From an uncultured Hyphomicrobiales bacterium (GTDB lineage Bacteria; Bacteroidota; Ignavibacteria; Kapaibacteriales; UBA2268), in assembly GCA_964462685.1 (NCBI GenBank), contig CAYWYR010000002.1, positions 68,609-132,608 of the forward strand: a stretch of DNA of 64,000 nt, in the 5' to 3' direction. This document shows positions 8,163 through 18,682 of this stretch, in pieces (the stretch's first letter is position 1; every line of letters starts with the position of its first letter). Made by a program: the position numbers and the translations under genes. The notes under the pieces were generated by a model that saw only the letters and a program-made list of their open reading frames with translations, did not search any database and was not told the DNA's origin.

Positions 8163-10052
8163 ATGAAGAAACTCTCTATGGCATTATTAGGGGCGGCCAT
8201 AGCCTCTACTTCGGCAAATGCGTTCGAAGAACAACTAAATATGGAAAACAATACGCTAGAGACTTGGGTACCATCTACAGTTCTAGCTACATCTCCACTA
8301 AAGTACGATGTTATATTCGTAGGTGGAGCAGACATGGTACAGCACACTGCAATCTATGGCGGTGAAGCTGGGATGGCACCTGCTAAGCAGTGGCATGACT
8401 TTATTGGCTTTACTCCTGCCAATGACGACGACAAAGCGAGAATCCCTGGCGTTTACGGTTTCGTTTCTGTAAACCACGAAAGAATCCAGAACCACGACGA
8501 GATCGGTGACGGTGGCGGTATGACTGTATTCGCTGTTGGTAGAACTGACGACGACAGACTAGAAGTACTGGAGCAGACTATTGAGGGTCGCGGAACTGCT
8601 AAGTTTTTCAACGTAGATTTCGTTAACACTGTTGGTGAAACCGGTATGAACTGCGGTGGTATCACTGCACCTGACGGACGTATCTGGACAGCGGAAGAAT
8701 GGTGGCAGTCAAGCCTTGACGGTGCGTTCAGAGACACTGTTGATTTCGTTATCGGTGAGACTACACCAAACGGTTTCCCTGGCTACAATGGTGAGACACT
8801 TGAAAGAGTAGCGAACCTAAACTACATGGTAGAGATCGATCCCCGCTCTGCAGCTGCTGTAAGAAAGCAATACAACTGGGGCCGCCAGCCTTTCGAGGGG
8901 GGAGCGATAACTGACGATATGACAACTGCATACCTTGGCGCTGACGCGACTCCTGGTCTATTTACCAAGTTTGTTGCTGATACACCGGGTGATTTCACTA
9001 GCGGTACTACTTATGTTTACAAGCAGAACCAAGGAAGCTATGCTGGCACTTGGGTAGAAATGGACATGGATAATTTCGATAACGTTCCTAACTTTACACC
9101 AAACGCATTTGCTGTTGGTGGTACTGGATTCAACAGAATCGAGTGGGTAGCTATCGATCCTAACTCCGGACTTGTTTACTTTACAGAAACTGGCCGTGAC
9201 AACCCTGGTAGCAGACTAGAAGGCGCTGTTGAAGCAGGTGGCGACATTGCATACCACCACTATCAGCGTGCTACTGAGCAAGGCTTAGATAGCCCATTTG
9301 ATGGCGATTACTGGGATTACTACGGACGTATCATGGTTTACAACCCTGCAACTAACGAATGTATGCCTTTCCTAGAAGGCGGCCCGTTCTTCGATGTAAA
9401 CAGCAGTAACCATTTCGAAGATGGGAATAACACTGACGGTAGTTTAAACCAAGACTTCCAACCTTATCCTGAAAAGCACCTAACGAACCCTGATGGTCTT
9501 AACTTCCTAAATATCAACGGCAAGTCAATCATGGTAATATGCGAAGACCTTAACGGTACTTCTTACGGCCGAGTTAAGCCGGGTATCGGTAACAGAACTT
9601 GTGAGCTTTTCGTTCTTGATATGGAAAAAGAAGCTACGATAGACAATCTAGTAAGAGTTGGTATTGTTCCTGTAGGAGCAGAAGTAACTGGCGCATGCCC
9701 TACTCCTGATGGCAAAAACCTACTTGTGAACTCTCAGCACCCTGCTACTTACAACGAATATCCTTATAACAACTCACTTACTTTCGTACTTACAGGCTGG
9801 GATGAGTTCATCAACACTAGCGTACAAGAAGAAGGTGTTGTAAACGGCGGTAATGACTTCGGTATCTTCCCTAACCCAACTACAAGAGAGATCAGATTCA
9901 ATGTTGTAACTGATGCAGCTCTTTATGATGTACAGGGTAAGAGACTGAAAGTTGTAACTAACACAGATATGATGGATGTACGTGAATTTGGCCCAGGTAC
10001 TTACTTTGTTAAGAACGCTGCCGGCGACGTTCAGAAGCTTATCATCGAATAA
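8163..10052 (+). CDS. phoX: PhoX-family alkaline phosphatase (DUF839) with T9SS-type C-terminal sorting domain
   Basis: Signal peptide; VNHE, NCGGITAPDGRIWTAEE, GRQPFEG, NPDGL, ICED, GAEVTG and VNSQHP motifs. C-terminal IFPNP...LYDVQGK...GTYFVK...KLIIE. Confidence 0.88.
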   Translation: MKKLSMALLGAAIASTSANAFEEQLNMENNTLETWVPSTVLATSPLKYDVIFVGGADMVQHTAIYGGEAGMAPAKQWHDFIGFTPANDDDKARIPGVYGFVSVNHERIQNHDEIGDGGGMTVFAVGRTDDDRLEVLEQTIEGRGTAKFFNVDFVNTVGETGMNCGGITAPDGRIWTAEEWWQSSLDGAFRDTVDFVIGETTPNGFPGYNGETLERVANLNYMVEIDPRSAAAVRKQYNWGRQPFEGGAITDDMTTAYLGADATPGLFTKFVADTPGDFTSGTTYVYKQNQGSYAGTWVEMDMDNFDNVPNFTPNAFAVGGTGFNRIEWVAIDPNSGLVYFTETGRDNPGSRLEGAVEAGGDIAYHHYQRATEQGLDSPFDGDYWDYYGRIMVYNPATNECMPFLEGGPFFDVNSSNHFEDGNNTDGSLNQDFQPYPEKHLTNPDGLNFLNINGKSIMVICEDLNGTSYGRVKPGIGNRTCELFVLDMEKEATIDNLVRVGIVPVGAEVTGACPTPDGKNLLVNSQHPATYNEYPYNNSLTFVLTGWDEFINTSVQEEGVVNGGNDFGIFPNPTTREIRFNVVTDAALYDVQGKRLKVVTNTDMMDVREFGPGTYFVKNAAGDVQKLIIE

Positions 10053-10096
10053 GTAGTTTGTCATGAATTAAGGTTTTATCCTTAAATCATTATCAT

Positions 10097-10133
10097 AGCC
10101 GGGGCATTTTTCTAAAGGTGCTCCGGCTTATTT
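10097..10133 (+). terminator. Intergenic hairpin (terminator or mRNA stability element) between phoX and the peroxidase
   Basis: AGCCGGGGCA...GTGCTCCGGCT followed by TATTT. Confidence 0.5.
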
Positions 10134-10142
10134 ATAAGAAAG

Positions 10143-12095
10143 GTGAAAATGAGAATATTCTATACAATATCAGGTTGGTCTATAGCATTAAGTATTATCG
10201 TGATATTAACGATAGCGGCTACAAATGAAAATCCTATCAAGATAAACAATCAACTTCATCAGGAAGCTTTAGAAAATTTCTCGCTTGCGACTAAAGAACT
10301 GAACGAATCGGCGGTTCTCTACTCGAAAGGGAAGAATGATATAAGCGATCTTAGAAAAGAATTTAAGAAAACTCGAACAGCGTTAAAACAAATGCAGATG
10401 ATTGGCGAGTATCTCGATCCTGGGTACTATTACTGGAACTTTAACGGGCCACCCCTGCCAAAGCTTGATCCTAAAGCTACTATTATCGATCCACTTGATC
10501 CCAACGGACTACAGGCATTGGACGAAGTGATACACGAGGAAGATATTGATATTGATAGAATGCTAGAGCTAACCGGAAGATTGGAAAGCTCCGCTGTTTC
10601 TGGCCGGAATTACCAAATGAATATTGCTCTTCAGCCGAGATTTGTTTTCGAGGCAGCCAGATTTGAACTAATACGAATTTTAAGTCTCGGTATAACTGGT
10701 TTTGATACTCCCGCATCTACCTATAACGCAATAGATGAGGCCAAGACATCATTCAGAACTTTAGAGAAACACATCATGCCATGGGCGGAAAATCTGAATG
10801 AAAATGATAAACAGTTAGCCGACTCTATAAGTAACAAAATAGACTTAGCGGTCAAGATATTGAATGATGCTGAGGATTTCAATAGTCTCGATAGAGCTGT
10901 TTTGACTAGAGAAGCTATCAACCCTCTATTCGGAATGGTGACAAGAGCCCAGAGAAAACTCAATCTGCCAACTCAGTATGATATCAGCAGGCTTGTAAAG
11001 TATTCGACGAATTATCTAGCCGAGGATATTTTCTCTGAAGATCTATTTGATCCGTTTTACTATACTCAGATAACAAGCAAAACCAAAACAGAGAATGTTG
11101 TTGAACTTGGTAGAACTCTATTCTATGATCCTATCCTATCGGAAAATGGTGACAGGGCTTGTGCTTCATGCCATGACCCATCAAAAGCATTTACCGACGG
11201 GCGAGCTAAATCAACGGCAAAAGATTTTGCTGGAACCGTTGATAGAAACGCCCCTACATTGCTTAACGCTGTTTTATCAGATAAATACTTCTACGATCTA
11301 AGAACAAACACTGTAGAGGGGCAAGTGGAACACGTTATCGTAAACGAAAAAGAGTTCCATACAGATTATATTAGAGTTATAAAGAGACTTGAGTCAAGCC
11401 CTGAGTATCAAGAACTTTTCAAGGCGGCATACCCTGATATTTACGGCAAGCCGATCAATCAATATACGATAGCAGGATCTATAGCCGCATTCCAAACAGA
11501 GCTTATTTCTTTTGATTCGGAATGGGATAGATATGCCCGTGGAGAGAAATCAGATATATCGCCGGATGTGTTGGCAGGCTATAATATATTTATGGGTAAA
11601 GCTGCTTGCGGAACATGCCACTTTGCCCCGACTTTTTCGGGCTTGGTGCCTCCCCTATTCCACGAAAGCGAATCTGAGGTATTAGGAGTGCCTAAAGAGT
11701 TTGATATCGATGCGGAAGTATTGGAACCAGATCCTGATATCGGCAGATTCGGTGGGGTAATGAAAGACCAAGCAGAGCATTACAAGCATTCATTTAAGAC
11801 TACAACTGTTAGGAACGCTGAACTAACTGCACCATATATGCATAATGGCGCTATTGCGACTCTTAAAGAGCTTATGCACTTCTACAATAAAGGCGGCGGT
11901 GCTGGATATGGTATCGACTTAGAATATCAGACACTAGCACCAGACCCGCTTGGACTGACCGATGAGGAAATATCTCAGGTAATCGCTTTTATGAATTCAC
12001 TTACAGATACATCAAAAATCATTCACCCGCCTACTAGGCTGCCGGATCACCCGAGCCAAGAACTTGCTAAGCGCGAGATCGGTGGTGAATATTAA
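10143..12095 (+). CDS. Di-haem cytochrome c peroxidase/MauG family protein with long N-terminal (imelysin-like) helical domain
   Basis: CASCH and CGTCH haem motifs, RNAPTLLN, and FKTTTVRNAELTAPYMHNG. The N-terminal domain assignment is inference. Confidence 0.85.
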   Translation: MKMRIFYTISGWSIALSIIVILTIAATNENPIKINNQLHQEALENFSLATKELNESAVLYSKGKNDISDLRKEFKKTRTALKQMQMIGEYLDPGYYYWNFNGPPLPKLDPKATIIDPLDPNGLQALDEVIHEEDIDIDRMLELTGRLESSAVSGRNYQMNIALQPRFVFEAARFELIRILSLGITGFDTPASTYNAIDEAKTSFRTLEKHIMPWAENLNENDKQLADSISNKIDLAVKILNDAEDFNSLDRAVLTREAINPLFGMVTRAQRKLNLPTQYDISRLVKYSTNYLAEDIFSEDLFDPFYYTQITSKTKTENVVELGRTLFYDPILSENGDRACASCHDPSKAFTDGRAKSTAKDFAGTVDRNAPTLLNAVLSDKYFYDLRTNTVEGQVEHVIVNEKEFHTDYIRVIKRLESSPEYQELFKAAYPDIYGKPINQYTIAGSIAAFQTELISFDSEWDRYARGEKSDISPDVLAGYNIFMGKAACGTCHFAPTFSGLVPPLFHESESEVLGVPKEFDIDAEVLEPDPDIGRFGGVMKDQAEHYKHSFKTTTVRNAELTAPYMHNGAIATLKELMHFYNKGGGAGYGIDLEYQTLAPDPLGLTDEEISQVIAFMNSLTDTSKIIHPPTRLPDHPSQELAKREIGGEY

Positions 12096-12136
12096 AATCA
12101 GAAATCAATTCTAAATCCAAAAAACCTCTCACAATT

Positions 12137-12952
12137 ATGGATATAAATACTTTATCAGCAGTTGTTGATACGCCAAGTGCATCTAGCGATGTAGCAATGC
12201 GTGTAGTTGACAAGAGCGAAGCAAAAACCACAGTAACCACTTCACAAGAGAATACCACTCTTCTCGACCGTTTCAGGGAATACCTTGGCGAGTTTGTTTA
12301 TGGCGGTATTGACGGCTGTGTGACGACCTTTGCGGTTGTAGCCGGTTCCGAAGGTGCGGGGCTCAGCACTACTGTTGTAATTATTTTAGGTGTTGCCAAT
12401 CTAATAGCAGATGGTTTTGCAATGGGTATCGGTGCATATCTGAGTACAAAATCTGAGGCTGAAAGCTATAGCATAAGAAGGAAAAAGCTCTATGCTATGA
12501 TCAAAGCTGATAAGGATGCAGCGAAAGCACGAATAAAAGCAGTGCTTAAGCGAAACGGCTTAACCGATAGCACACTGAACAACGCAGCGGATAATATAAA
12601 TCAAGATTCTGAGATAGCTACTGATTTTATCATGAAGGAAGAGCTGAACGAGTTCGAAGAAGAAAAATCACCGATGATGATGGGCTTCGTAACTTATATG
12701 TCTTTCATAGCTATAGGCCTTATACCACTATTAGCTTACCTTGGTGAGATGGTTTTCCCTGTTGAAGGTGTAAGCACATTTGCTATGGCTTGTGTGTTTA
12801 CGGCAATAGGATTTGTGGCCATAGGTGTTATGAAAAGCAGGATATCAGGTAGTAATCCATTAAAAGCTATTGGTGAAACCCTGCTGTTGGGATCTGTTGC
12901 GGCAGGATTGGCATATTACATTGGATATTTTCTCGAGATGATTGTTTCCTGA
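12137..12952 (+). CDS. VIT1/CCC1 family iron/manganese transporter
   Basis: EFVYGGIDGCVTTFAVVAG and LGVANLIADGFAMGIGAYLS. Confidence 0.92.
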   Translation: MDINTLSAVVDTPSASSDVAMRVVDKSEAKTTVTTSQENTTLLDRFREYLGEFVYGGIDGCVTTFAVVAGSEGAGLSTTVVIILGVANLIADGFAMGIGAYLSTKSEAESYSIRRKKLYAMIKADKDAAKARIKAVLKRNGLTDSTLNNAADNINQDSEIATDFIMKEELNEFEEEKSPMMMGFVTYMSFIAIGLIPLLAYLGEMVFPVEGVSTFAMACVFTAIGFVAIGVMKSRISGSNPLKAIGETLLLGSVAAGLAYYIGYFLEMIVS

Positions 12953-12986
12953 TGCGATATAGCAGTTGAATACTTTAGATTGAGAT

Positions 12987-13015
12987 GCCTGGCTATAAAA
13001 TGCCGGGCTTTTTTT
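12987..13015 (+). terminator. Intrinsic terminator
   Basis: GCCTGGC-TATAAAAT-GCCGGGC followed by T7. Confidence 0.7.
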
Positions 13016-13550
13016 AATCAATCTCGAACTCGTATTCCTCGCCTTTTTTTGCGTCATCGGAATACATGTTTATTGAAAAACCTTCCTCTGAAAGGCATGT
13101 AACTCTATGGATATGGTTACAATAAGAATCTGGCTCACCGCAATCGGCATAGCTATCACCAGCACCGACTTCTAATTTTTTTTTCAAAGATAGTGTGCCT
13201 TGGTCACAAACCTCAAAAATCTCTAAGCTGAATCTGCCTTTGATATAATGATAACAACACATTTCGGGATGGCCGTGAACTTTTGTCTGATCACCTTTGC
13301 CCCATGCTATGAGCATTATCTCCCAACCTGATGAGTGCCTGGAAAGATAATTTTTATCATAACAATCGGAACTGCTTCTTTCAATATCAGAAATATCGAT
13401 TATCTCTGAAATCTGAAAAGCGAGTTTTTTCATCAATTCTGTTCTTTTATCGGTACAATCCATTCCATCTATACTTGATACAAATGCATCGAGCATATTA
13501 TCGATTTTGGAAAGTTTAACATCAAGATCAGTTTCTAAGATCAAACTCAT
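13014..13550 (-). CDS. Cysteine dioxygenase type I family cupin
   Basis: WGKGDQTKVHGH, HIHRV and SINMYS motifs. Confidence 0.8.
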   Translation of the reverse strand: MSLILETDLDVKLSKIDNMLDAFVSSIDGMDCTDKRTELMKKLAFQISEIIDISDIERSSSDCYDKNYLSRHSSGWEIMLIAWGKGDQTKVHGHPEMCCYHYIKGRFSLEIFEVCDQGTLSLKKKLEVGAGDSYADCGEPDSYCNHIHRVTCLSEEGFSINMYSDDAKKGEEYEFEID

Positions 13551-13615
13551 AGTTATAGATAATTGCTTATAGTGTATTGATTATCTTATAATGTACAATT
13601 AATTAAGCAATAAAA

Positions 13616-13642
13616 CAAAAAAGGCGGCAATAATGCCGCCTT
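13616..13642 (-). terminator. Intrinsic terminator after hbd
   Basis: AAGGCGGCA-TTAT-TGCCGCC-TTTTTT on the minus strand. Confidence 0.8.
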
Positions 13643-13666
13643 AAAATTACGATATTTATAATTAAA

Positions 13667-14545
13667 TCAGAATGACAGAGCTTTGGGAGCATCTCCGCTA
13701 TAATCGTAAAAACCTTTACCTGACTTGCGACCGTAATTGCCTGCCGCGACTATTTTCTTCAGAAGCGGGCACGGCCTGTATTTACTATCCCCTAAATCAT
13801 TGTGGAGAACTTCCAGTATTGCTAAGCACGTATCCAGCCCAATAAGATCGGCTAACGTAAGCGGCCCCATAGGATGAGCAAAGCCAAGTTTGGCTGTTGT
13901 ATCTATCCCGTCAACCGTTCCTATACCTTCCATAAGGGCATAAACTGCCTCATTTATGAACGGCAAAAGTATCCGATTTGCTATAAAACCGGGAAAATCC
14001 TTAGCTGTAACTGGCGTTTTACCTAAATCTTCAGTCGTTCTGATAATCGCATCATACACTTCAGGGCTAGTTTCTAAGCCTGTGATAATCTCTACCAGTT
14101 TCATAACAGGAACTGGATTCATGAAGTGCATACCGATAACTTTTTCAGGTCTTTTAGTAACGGCGGCTATCTCTGTGATTGAAATAGTCGATGTGTTGCT
14201 TGCAAGAATAGCGTTATCATTAATTTTTTCGTCCAAATCTTTGAAAATGCTGAATTTGGTGTCTTTGTTTTCTGTAACCGCTTCTATAACAAGATCAGCA
14301 TCAGCAGCATCTGAAACGCTGCTCACCTTTTCGATACGCGAAAGGGTACCTTTCAGATCATCCTCGGTAATCTTGCCTTTACCAAGCATTCTGTTGAGAT
14401 TTTTCTCGATAATCGATACAGCTTTGTCGAGTGCTGATTCATTAAGATCGCATAATGCGACATTATAGCCTTTCTGAGCGAAAACGTGGGCAATTCCGTT
14501 ACCCATTTGTCCTGCACCTAGAACAAGTATTTTTTTGATTTCCAT
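13667..14545 (-). CDS. hbd: 3-hydroxybutyryl-CoA dehydrogenase
   Basis: [36 protein letters not shown] and [15 protein letters not shown]. Confidence 0.95.
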   Translation of the reverse strand: MEIKKILVLGAGQMGNGIAHVFAQKGYNVALCDLNESALDKAVSIIEKNLNRMLGKGKITEDDLKGTLSRIEKVSSVSDAADADLVIEAVTENKDTKFSIFKDLDEKINDNAILASNTSTISITEIAAVTKRPEKVIGMHFMNPVPVMKLVEIITGLETSPEVYDAIIRTTEDLGKTPVTAKDFPGFIANRILLPFINEAVYALMEGIGTVDGIDTTAKLGFAHPMGPLTLADLIGLDTCLAILEVLHNDLGDSKYRPCPLLKKIVAAGNYGRKSGKGFYDYSGDAPKALSF

Positions 14546-14574
14546 AGTATTTATTTAGTTGAGATATTGAAAGA

Positions 14575-15000
14575 TTAAAGCAGGGCTGTTCGCCAAGCCG
14601 GGATTTTTGGTTCTGGTTTTCTGATATAAATACACGAATTTAATATCAATGTATCGTAAGTATCCAGTTTTTTGATCCCATCGTGTGTGTTTGTGTTTTC
14701 ACCCGTATCTAATCTATAGCACCAAGCGTGAAGCGGGCATGTTACAGTACCGTTTTTAATGATACCATCAGCTATTTTCGGGGCATGTTTGTGTGGACAT
14801 ATATTTGATACGGCATATACCTTTCCGTTATCATTGATCAATGCCAGTTCAAGATCACCAATTTCAGAAAACTCATCACCGAACTGGATTCTGAGGCCAC
14901 TACCGCCCGGCAGATCGCTTTCTTCACAAACCTTTAGATAGGTTCTGTCTTCTATAACTTGAGTATCTACATTAATATCCAACAGTATGTTTTTAGCCAT
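14575..15000 (-). CDS. Rieske [2Fe-2S] ferredoxin (NirD-like)
   Basis: NICPHKH and VTCPLHAW motifs. Confidence 0.88.
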   Translation of the reverse strand: MAKNILLDINVDTQVIEDRTYLKVCEESDLPGGSGLRIQFGDEFSEIGDLELALINDNGKVYAVSNICPHKHAPKIADGIIKNGTVTCPLHAWCYRLDTGENTNTHDGIKKLDTYDTLILNSCIYIRKPEPKIPAWRTALL

Positions 15001-15012
15001 ACATATACTCTC

Positions 15013-15870
15013 TTAATCGAAGTTGATAGAACTGTCGTTTTCTACTTTTGGTCCTCTGTCAGACATTGTAAGCCTGCCGAATTTGGTATAGGCGTCATGT
15101 TCGAAAACAACGATGTTCTTGTCTTCCGCCGCTGGCAAAACATATTTTTCCTTTTCAGCAAGAGTCTTTAGCGGTTCGTTGTCGTAACCCATTACATAAG
15201 GTAAAGACAAGTGAGCGGATGTTGGTGCTAAATCGGCAAAATAAACCAATGAATCACGATCTCCGGATATTTTGAGCATCTGCATTCCCTTGGTATGGCC
15301 ATCAATGGGGAAAACATGGATATTAGGAAAAAGCTCTCCTTCGCCATCGAGTGTTTCAAGCATACCTTCATTAACTATTGGCTCGTAGTTTTCAGGCATA
15401 AAAGAAGCACGGTCTTTAATGGTAGGGTTTCTAGCCCAATCCAACTGTTCTTTCTGCACGTGATATTTTGCGTTTCTGAAGGCTGGAACCGGATTACCTT
15501 TTCCATCCAATTCGGTTGCACCGCCTACATGATCAAAATGGAGATGAGTAAGAATGACATCTGTAATTTCATCCGGGTTGATACCAACATCCATCAATTT
15601 ATGAGCCGCCCCAAGATCGGCGGGATCTATACCGTAGATAGAAACTAATTTATCTGCGAGTTTTGTTCCGTTACCGGTATCGACTAGGATTTTTTTTCCA
15701 TGGCCTTCCATATACATCAATCTTGTGGAAAGTTTGATGCGGTTTTTATCATCGGCTTCACTGTAAGCTTTTTGCCAAAGGTTTTTTGGCACCACTCCAA
15801 ACATAGCACCTCCATCCAAACCGAAATCGCCTGCTTCTATTAGTTTTATGCTATATCCACCTAAGTTCAT
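15013..15870 (-). CDS. MBL-fold metallo-hydrolase (YtnP-like)
   Basis: LDGGAMFGVVPK, THLHFDHVGG and GHTKG. Confidence 0.92.
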   Translation of the reverse strand: MNLGGYSIKLIEAGDFGLDGGAMFGVVPKNLWQKAYSEADDKNRIKLSTRLMYMEGHGKKILVDTGNGTKLADKLVSIYGIDPADLGAAHKLMDVGINPDEITDVILTHLHFDHVGGATELDGKGNPVPAFRNAKYHVQKEQLDWARNPTIKDRASFMPENYEPIVNEGMLETLDGEGELFPNIHVFPIDGHTKGMQMLKISGDRDSLVYFADLAPTSAHLSLPYVMGYDNEPLKTLAEKEKYVLPAAEDKNIVVFEHDAYTKFGRLTMSDRGPKVENDSSINFD

Positions 15871-15997
15871 ATATGTATCCCTGCTATTATGATTTTCTAG
15901 TATTGCAAGATAAGTGTTGAAGCAAGATTATCGCAAAGCGAACGTAAATGTTGATATATTATACATCTATCAATAAGTAAAGAAAGGAAAAATCATT

Positions 15998-16681
15998 ATG
16001 AAAGTCGGTGTTCTGCTAGCGGGTTGTGGGGTTTATGACGGAAGTGAGATACATGAAGCTACCTTAAGCCTATTGGCTATAGATGAGGCTGGACATGAGG
16101 CCGTATGCTTTGCCCCAGATAAAGATCAGCACCACGTGATCAACCATATCACAGGTGAAGTGACAGAAGGCTCGAGGAATGTGCTTGTAGAGTCTGCAAG
16201 AATTGCTCGGGGAAATATCAAAAGTATCAAGGATATAAATACAGATGATTTTGACTGCCTGCTTATCCCAGGTGGATTCGGAGCGGCAAAGAATCTAAAT
16301 CAGTGGGCTATCAGCGGGCCTGAGGGTGAGATTGATGATTCAGTACAAGCTATTATACTCAATACAGTAAGAAGCAATAAACCGCTCGGGGCAGTATGCA
16401 TGGGGCCAACGGTGATAGCTAAAGCAATGGAAGGCAGCGGTTTGGAATATGAAGTAACTGTAGGCTCCAAAAACGGCAATTCACCATACGATATTGATGG
16501 TATATCAAAAGGGATAGAATCGATAGGCGGAAAAGTAGCTCATCTGGAAAATGATTCGATCAATATTGATAACAAGAACAAAATTGTAACAGGCCCTTGC
16601 TATATGATGGATGCCACGATAAAAGATATCAGGGATAATACGAAAATGGTGGTTGAGAAACTTATAGAACTGGCAAGTTAA
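15998..16681 (+). CDS. elbB: ElbB/ES1 family glyoxalase (DJ-1/PfpI superfamily)
   Basis: LAGCGVYDGSEIHEA, RNVLVESARIARG and PGGFGAAKNL. Confidence 0.92.
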   Translation: MKVGVLLAGCGVYDGSEIHEATLSLLAIDEAGHEAVCFAPDKDQHHVINHITGEVTEGSRNVLVESARIARGNIKSIKDINTDDFDCLLIPGGFGAAKNLNQWAISGPEGEIDDSVQAIILNTVRSNKPLGAVCMGPTVIAKAMEGSGLEYEVTVGSKNGNSPYDIDGISKGIESIGGKVAHLENDSINIDNKNKIVTGPCYMMDATIKDIRDNTKMVVEKLIELAS

Positions 16682-16690
16682 AAAAGAATA

Positions 16691-17641
16691 TTACACACAA
16701 CCATTACTTGGGAGAGTGAACTTGAAAGAGCTTCCCTCTCCCATCTTGCTCTCAACCCAGATATTACCGCCGTGTTTTTCGATGAATTCTTTACATACAA
16801 CCAAACCCAGGCCACTGCCTGTCTCTCTGTTTGTACCTTTAGTCTGTACTTTGCTGCCTATATTGAAGAGTTTTTTGGCGTGCTCTTCTTTTATACCAAC
16901 GCCGTTGTCAGTAACACATATCTCTGTGGAGGAATCTTTTTCGGTTGAGCGGATATTGATCCTTCCGCCCTCAGCCGTAAACTTGATAGCATTGGATATA
17001 AGATTCCGCAATACTGTTTCTATCATATTTTCATCACACCAAACGAAGCACTCCGGGTCTATATCCAGATCAATGGCTATGTTTTTGTTATCTGCCTGAA
17101 CTTTAAGCAGAGTGTATATATTTTTGGTAAGTATCAGTAGATTAATCGATGATGGTAAATACTCGATAGTACCAGATTGAGTCTGTGACCACCTGTGAAG
17201 GTTTTCAAATAAATTAAACAAAGAATCAACTGCTTTGTTAATCTTGCTCAGCTTTATATGCAGCTCTTCCTTACTCATTTTATCGAGATGGTTTTTCAGC
17301 AAGTCTGTCATCATAAGTACAGACGCGATCGGATTGCGGAGATCATGCGATATTATCGAGAAAAATTTATCCTTAGTAGCGTTTAGCTTAATTAGCTCTT
17401 CGTTTTTAGCGAATACCTCACCTGAGGTAAGCTCTAACTTTTCTTGCATTTTAAGGAGCTTTCTCTGGCTGTTATCACTTACCTTGGTAAGTTTGTTGGA
17501 TTGTTTGAGCAGATTCTGATATGCTGTAAGGAGATTACCGTAGTCTTCTGAACTGATATTGCCAGACTCAAGAACCGATTTGGATCTTTCCACGGTCTTT
17601 AATTCTTGGCTGAATATTGGATTGATGTCTGAAATAACCAT
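16691..17641 (-). CDS. Cytoplasmic histidine kinase with SiaD-like N-terminal coiled coil
   Basis: H-box SIISHDLRNP, N-box RNLISNAIKF, DNGVG and GSGLGL; no TM segments. Confidence 0.9.
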   Translation of the reverse strand: MVISDINPIFSQELKTVERSKSVLESGNISSEDYGNLLTAYQNLLKQSNKLTKVSDNSQRKLLKMQEKLELTSGEVFAKNEELIKLNATKDKFFSIISHDLRNPIASVLMMTDLLKNHLDKMSKEELHIKLSKINKAVDSLFNLFENLHRWSQTQSGTIEYLPSSINLLILTKNIYTLLKVQADNKNIAIDLDIDPECFVWCDENMIETVLRNLISNAIKFTAEGGRINIRSTEKDSSTEICVTDNGVGIKEEHAKKLFNIGSKVQTKGTNRETGSGLGLVVCKEFIEKHGGNIWVESKMGEGSSFKFTLPSNGCV

Positions 17642-17656
17642 AAATCAGAAACTATA

Positions 17657-18043
17657 TTAATATGCTATAAGCTGAAATGGGATACTCAGGCCTTCGGCGA
17701 ACTCTTCCCCACTTTCCTCAATATCCTCATCATCTTCTTCATAGTACCAATTGACCTGAATCTTCTGTCCTTGGCCATGGTATTTTTCAAGCAAATCTAA
17801 GATATCTAATATAGACTTGGATGAGCTGGTATTGAAATAATTAAGCCTAAAATTAAAATGGATTTCCTTGGAATTGTCGGTCATTTCGAAATAACCTTCA
17901 AGCCAAGCCATGATAGGTTCGTAAAATTCGACTGAGTTTTCTGGATAAGACTCCCCCTGAATTTCCATAAGGCCCTCTTCAGGTAAGAAAAGAATCTTGG
18001 GTTTAGTTTTTTGGGGGTCTATACTTAGTTTATCAAACCTCAA
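17657..18043 (-). CDS. siaC: SiaC family (DUF1987) protein
   Basis: GESYPEN, YFNTSSSK (phospho-acceptor Thr motif) and WYYEEDDEDIEESGEEF. Confidence 0.9.
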   Translation of the reverse strand: MRFDKLSIDPQKTKPKILFLPEEGLMEIQGESYPENSVEFYEPIMAWLEGYFEMTDNSKEIHFNFRLNYFNTSSSKSILDILDLLEKYHGQGQKIQVNWYYEEDDEDIEESGEEFAEGLSIPFQLIAY

Positions 18044-18593
18044 GAAGAGCCTCCTTGTTAAAATATGTTGACATTACCATGAAAACCTTGTTATCATCAA
18101 GAGGTACAGTGTAACAATCTACCTCACCTGAAGATTTGCGAGCTATCTCAATAAGGCCGAGACCAGCACCATTACTATTGTCTGGCCTAGGCATCCTTAT
18201 AGCTTCGTTATAATATTTTTTCAGTTCAGATCGATCCATCAAGTTCAGTTTTTCGACCTTTTCTTTAATAGTCCTGCCTGATTCTTCTTTTGCTATATTA
18301 CCAGATGTGACTATGTATTTGTCAGTAGTCTCATGGAAGAGCACGATTCCGACACCGTAGTCTTTACCCGAGACAGGATCGAGTTCACGTTCTTCGGAGT
18401 AATGCATAATATTCTGAGATAACTCAACAAAGACAGAAAAAATTTTCTTAGTCCATTTTTGAGTTTCACTTCTGGCTTTGATAATCTCACCTATATCAAT
18501 AAGAATCTGTTGAGATATGGTACCTTTGAAAGACAAAATTATTTTTTTGTCCTTGGCATTCTCGTAAAAGTCGTAAAGATCGAAATCCAACAT
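18033..18593 (-). CDS. siaB: SiaB family (DUF6272) protein kinase
   Basis: FSVFVELSQNIMHYS, GNI and GAGLGLIEIARKS motifs. Confidence 0.88.
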   Translation of the reverse strand: MLDFDLYDFYENAKDKKIILSFKGTISQQILIDIGEIIKARSETQKWTKKIFSVFVELSQNIMHYSEERELDPVSGKDYGVGIVLFHETTDKYIVTSGNIAKEESGRTIKEKVEKLNLMDRSELKKYYNEAIRMPRPDNSNGAGLGLIEIARKSSGEVDCYTVPLDDNKVFMVMSTYFNKEALLEV

Positions 18594-18682
18594 AATCTGA
18601 TTTTATTCTAAAATAGACTTAAAAGATACCCTGTAAAGATAATGATTCAATAGAAACAACATAATTAATCTTATCGTTCGTT

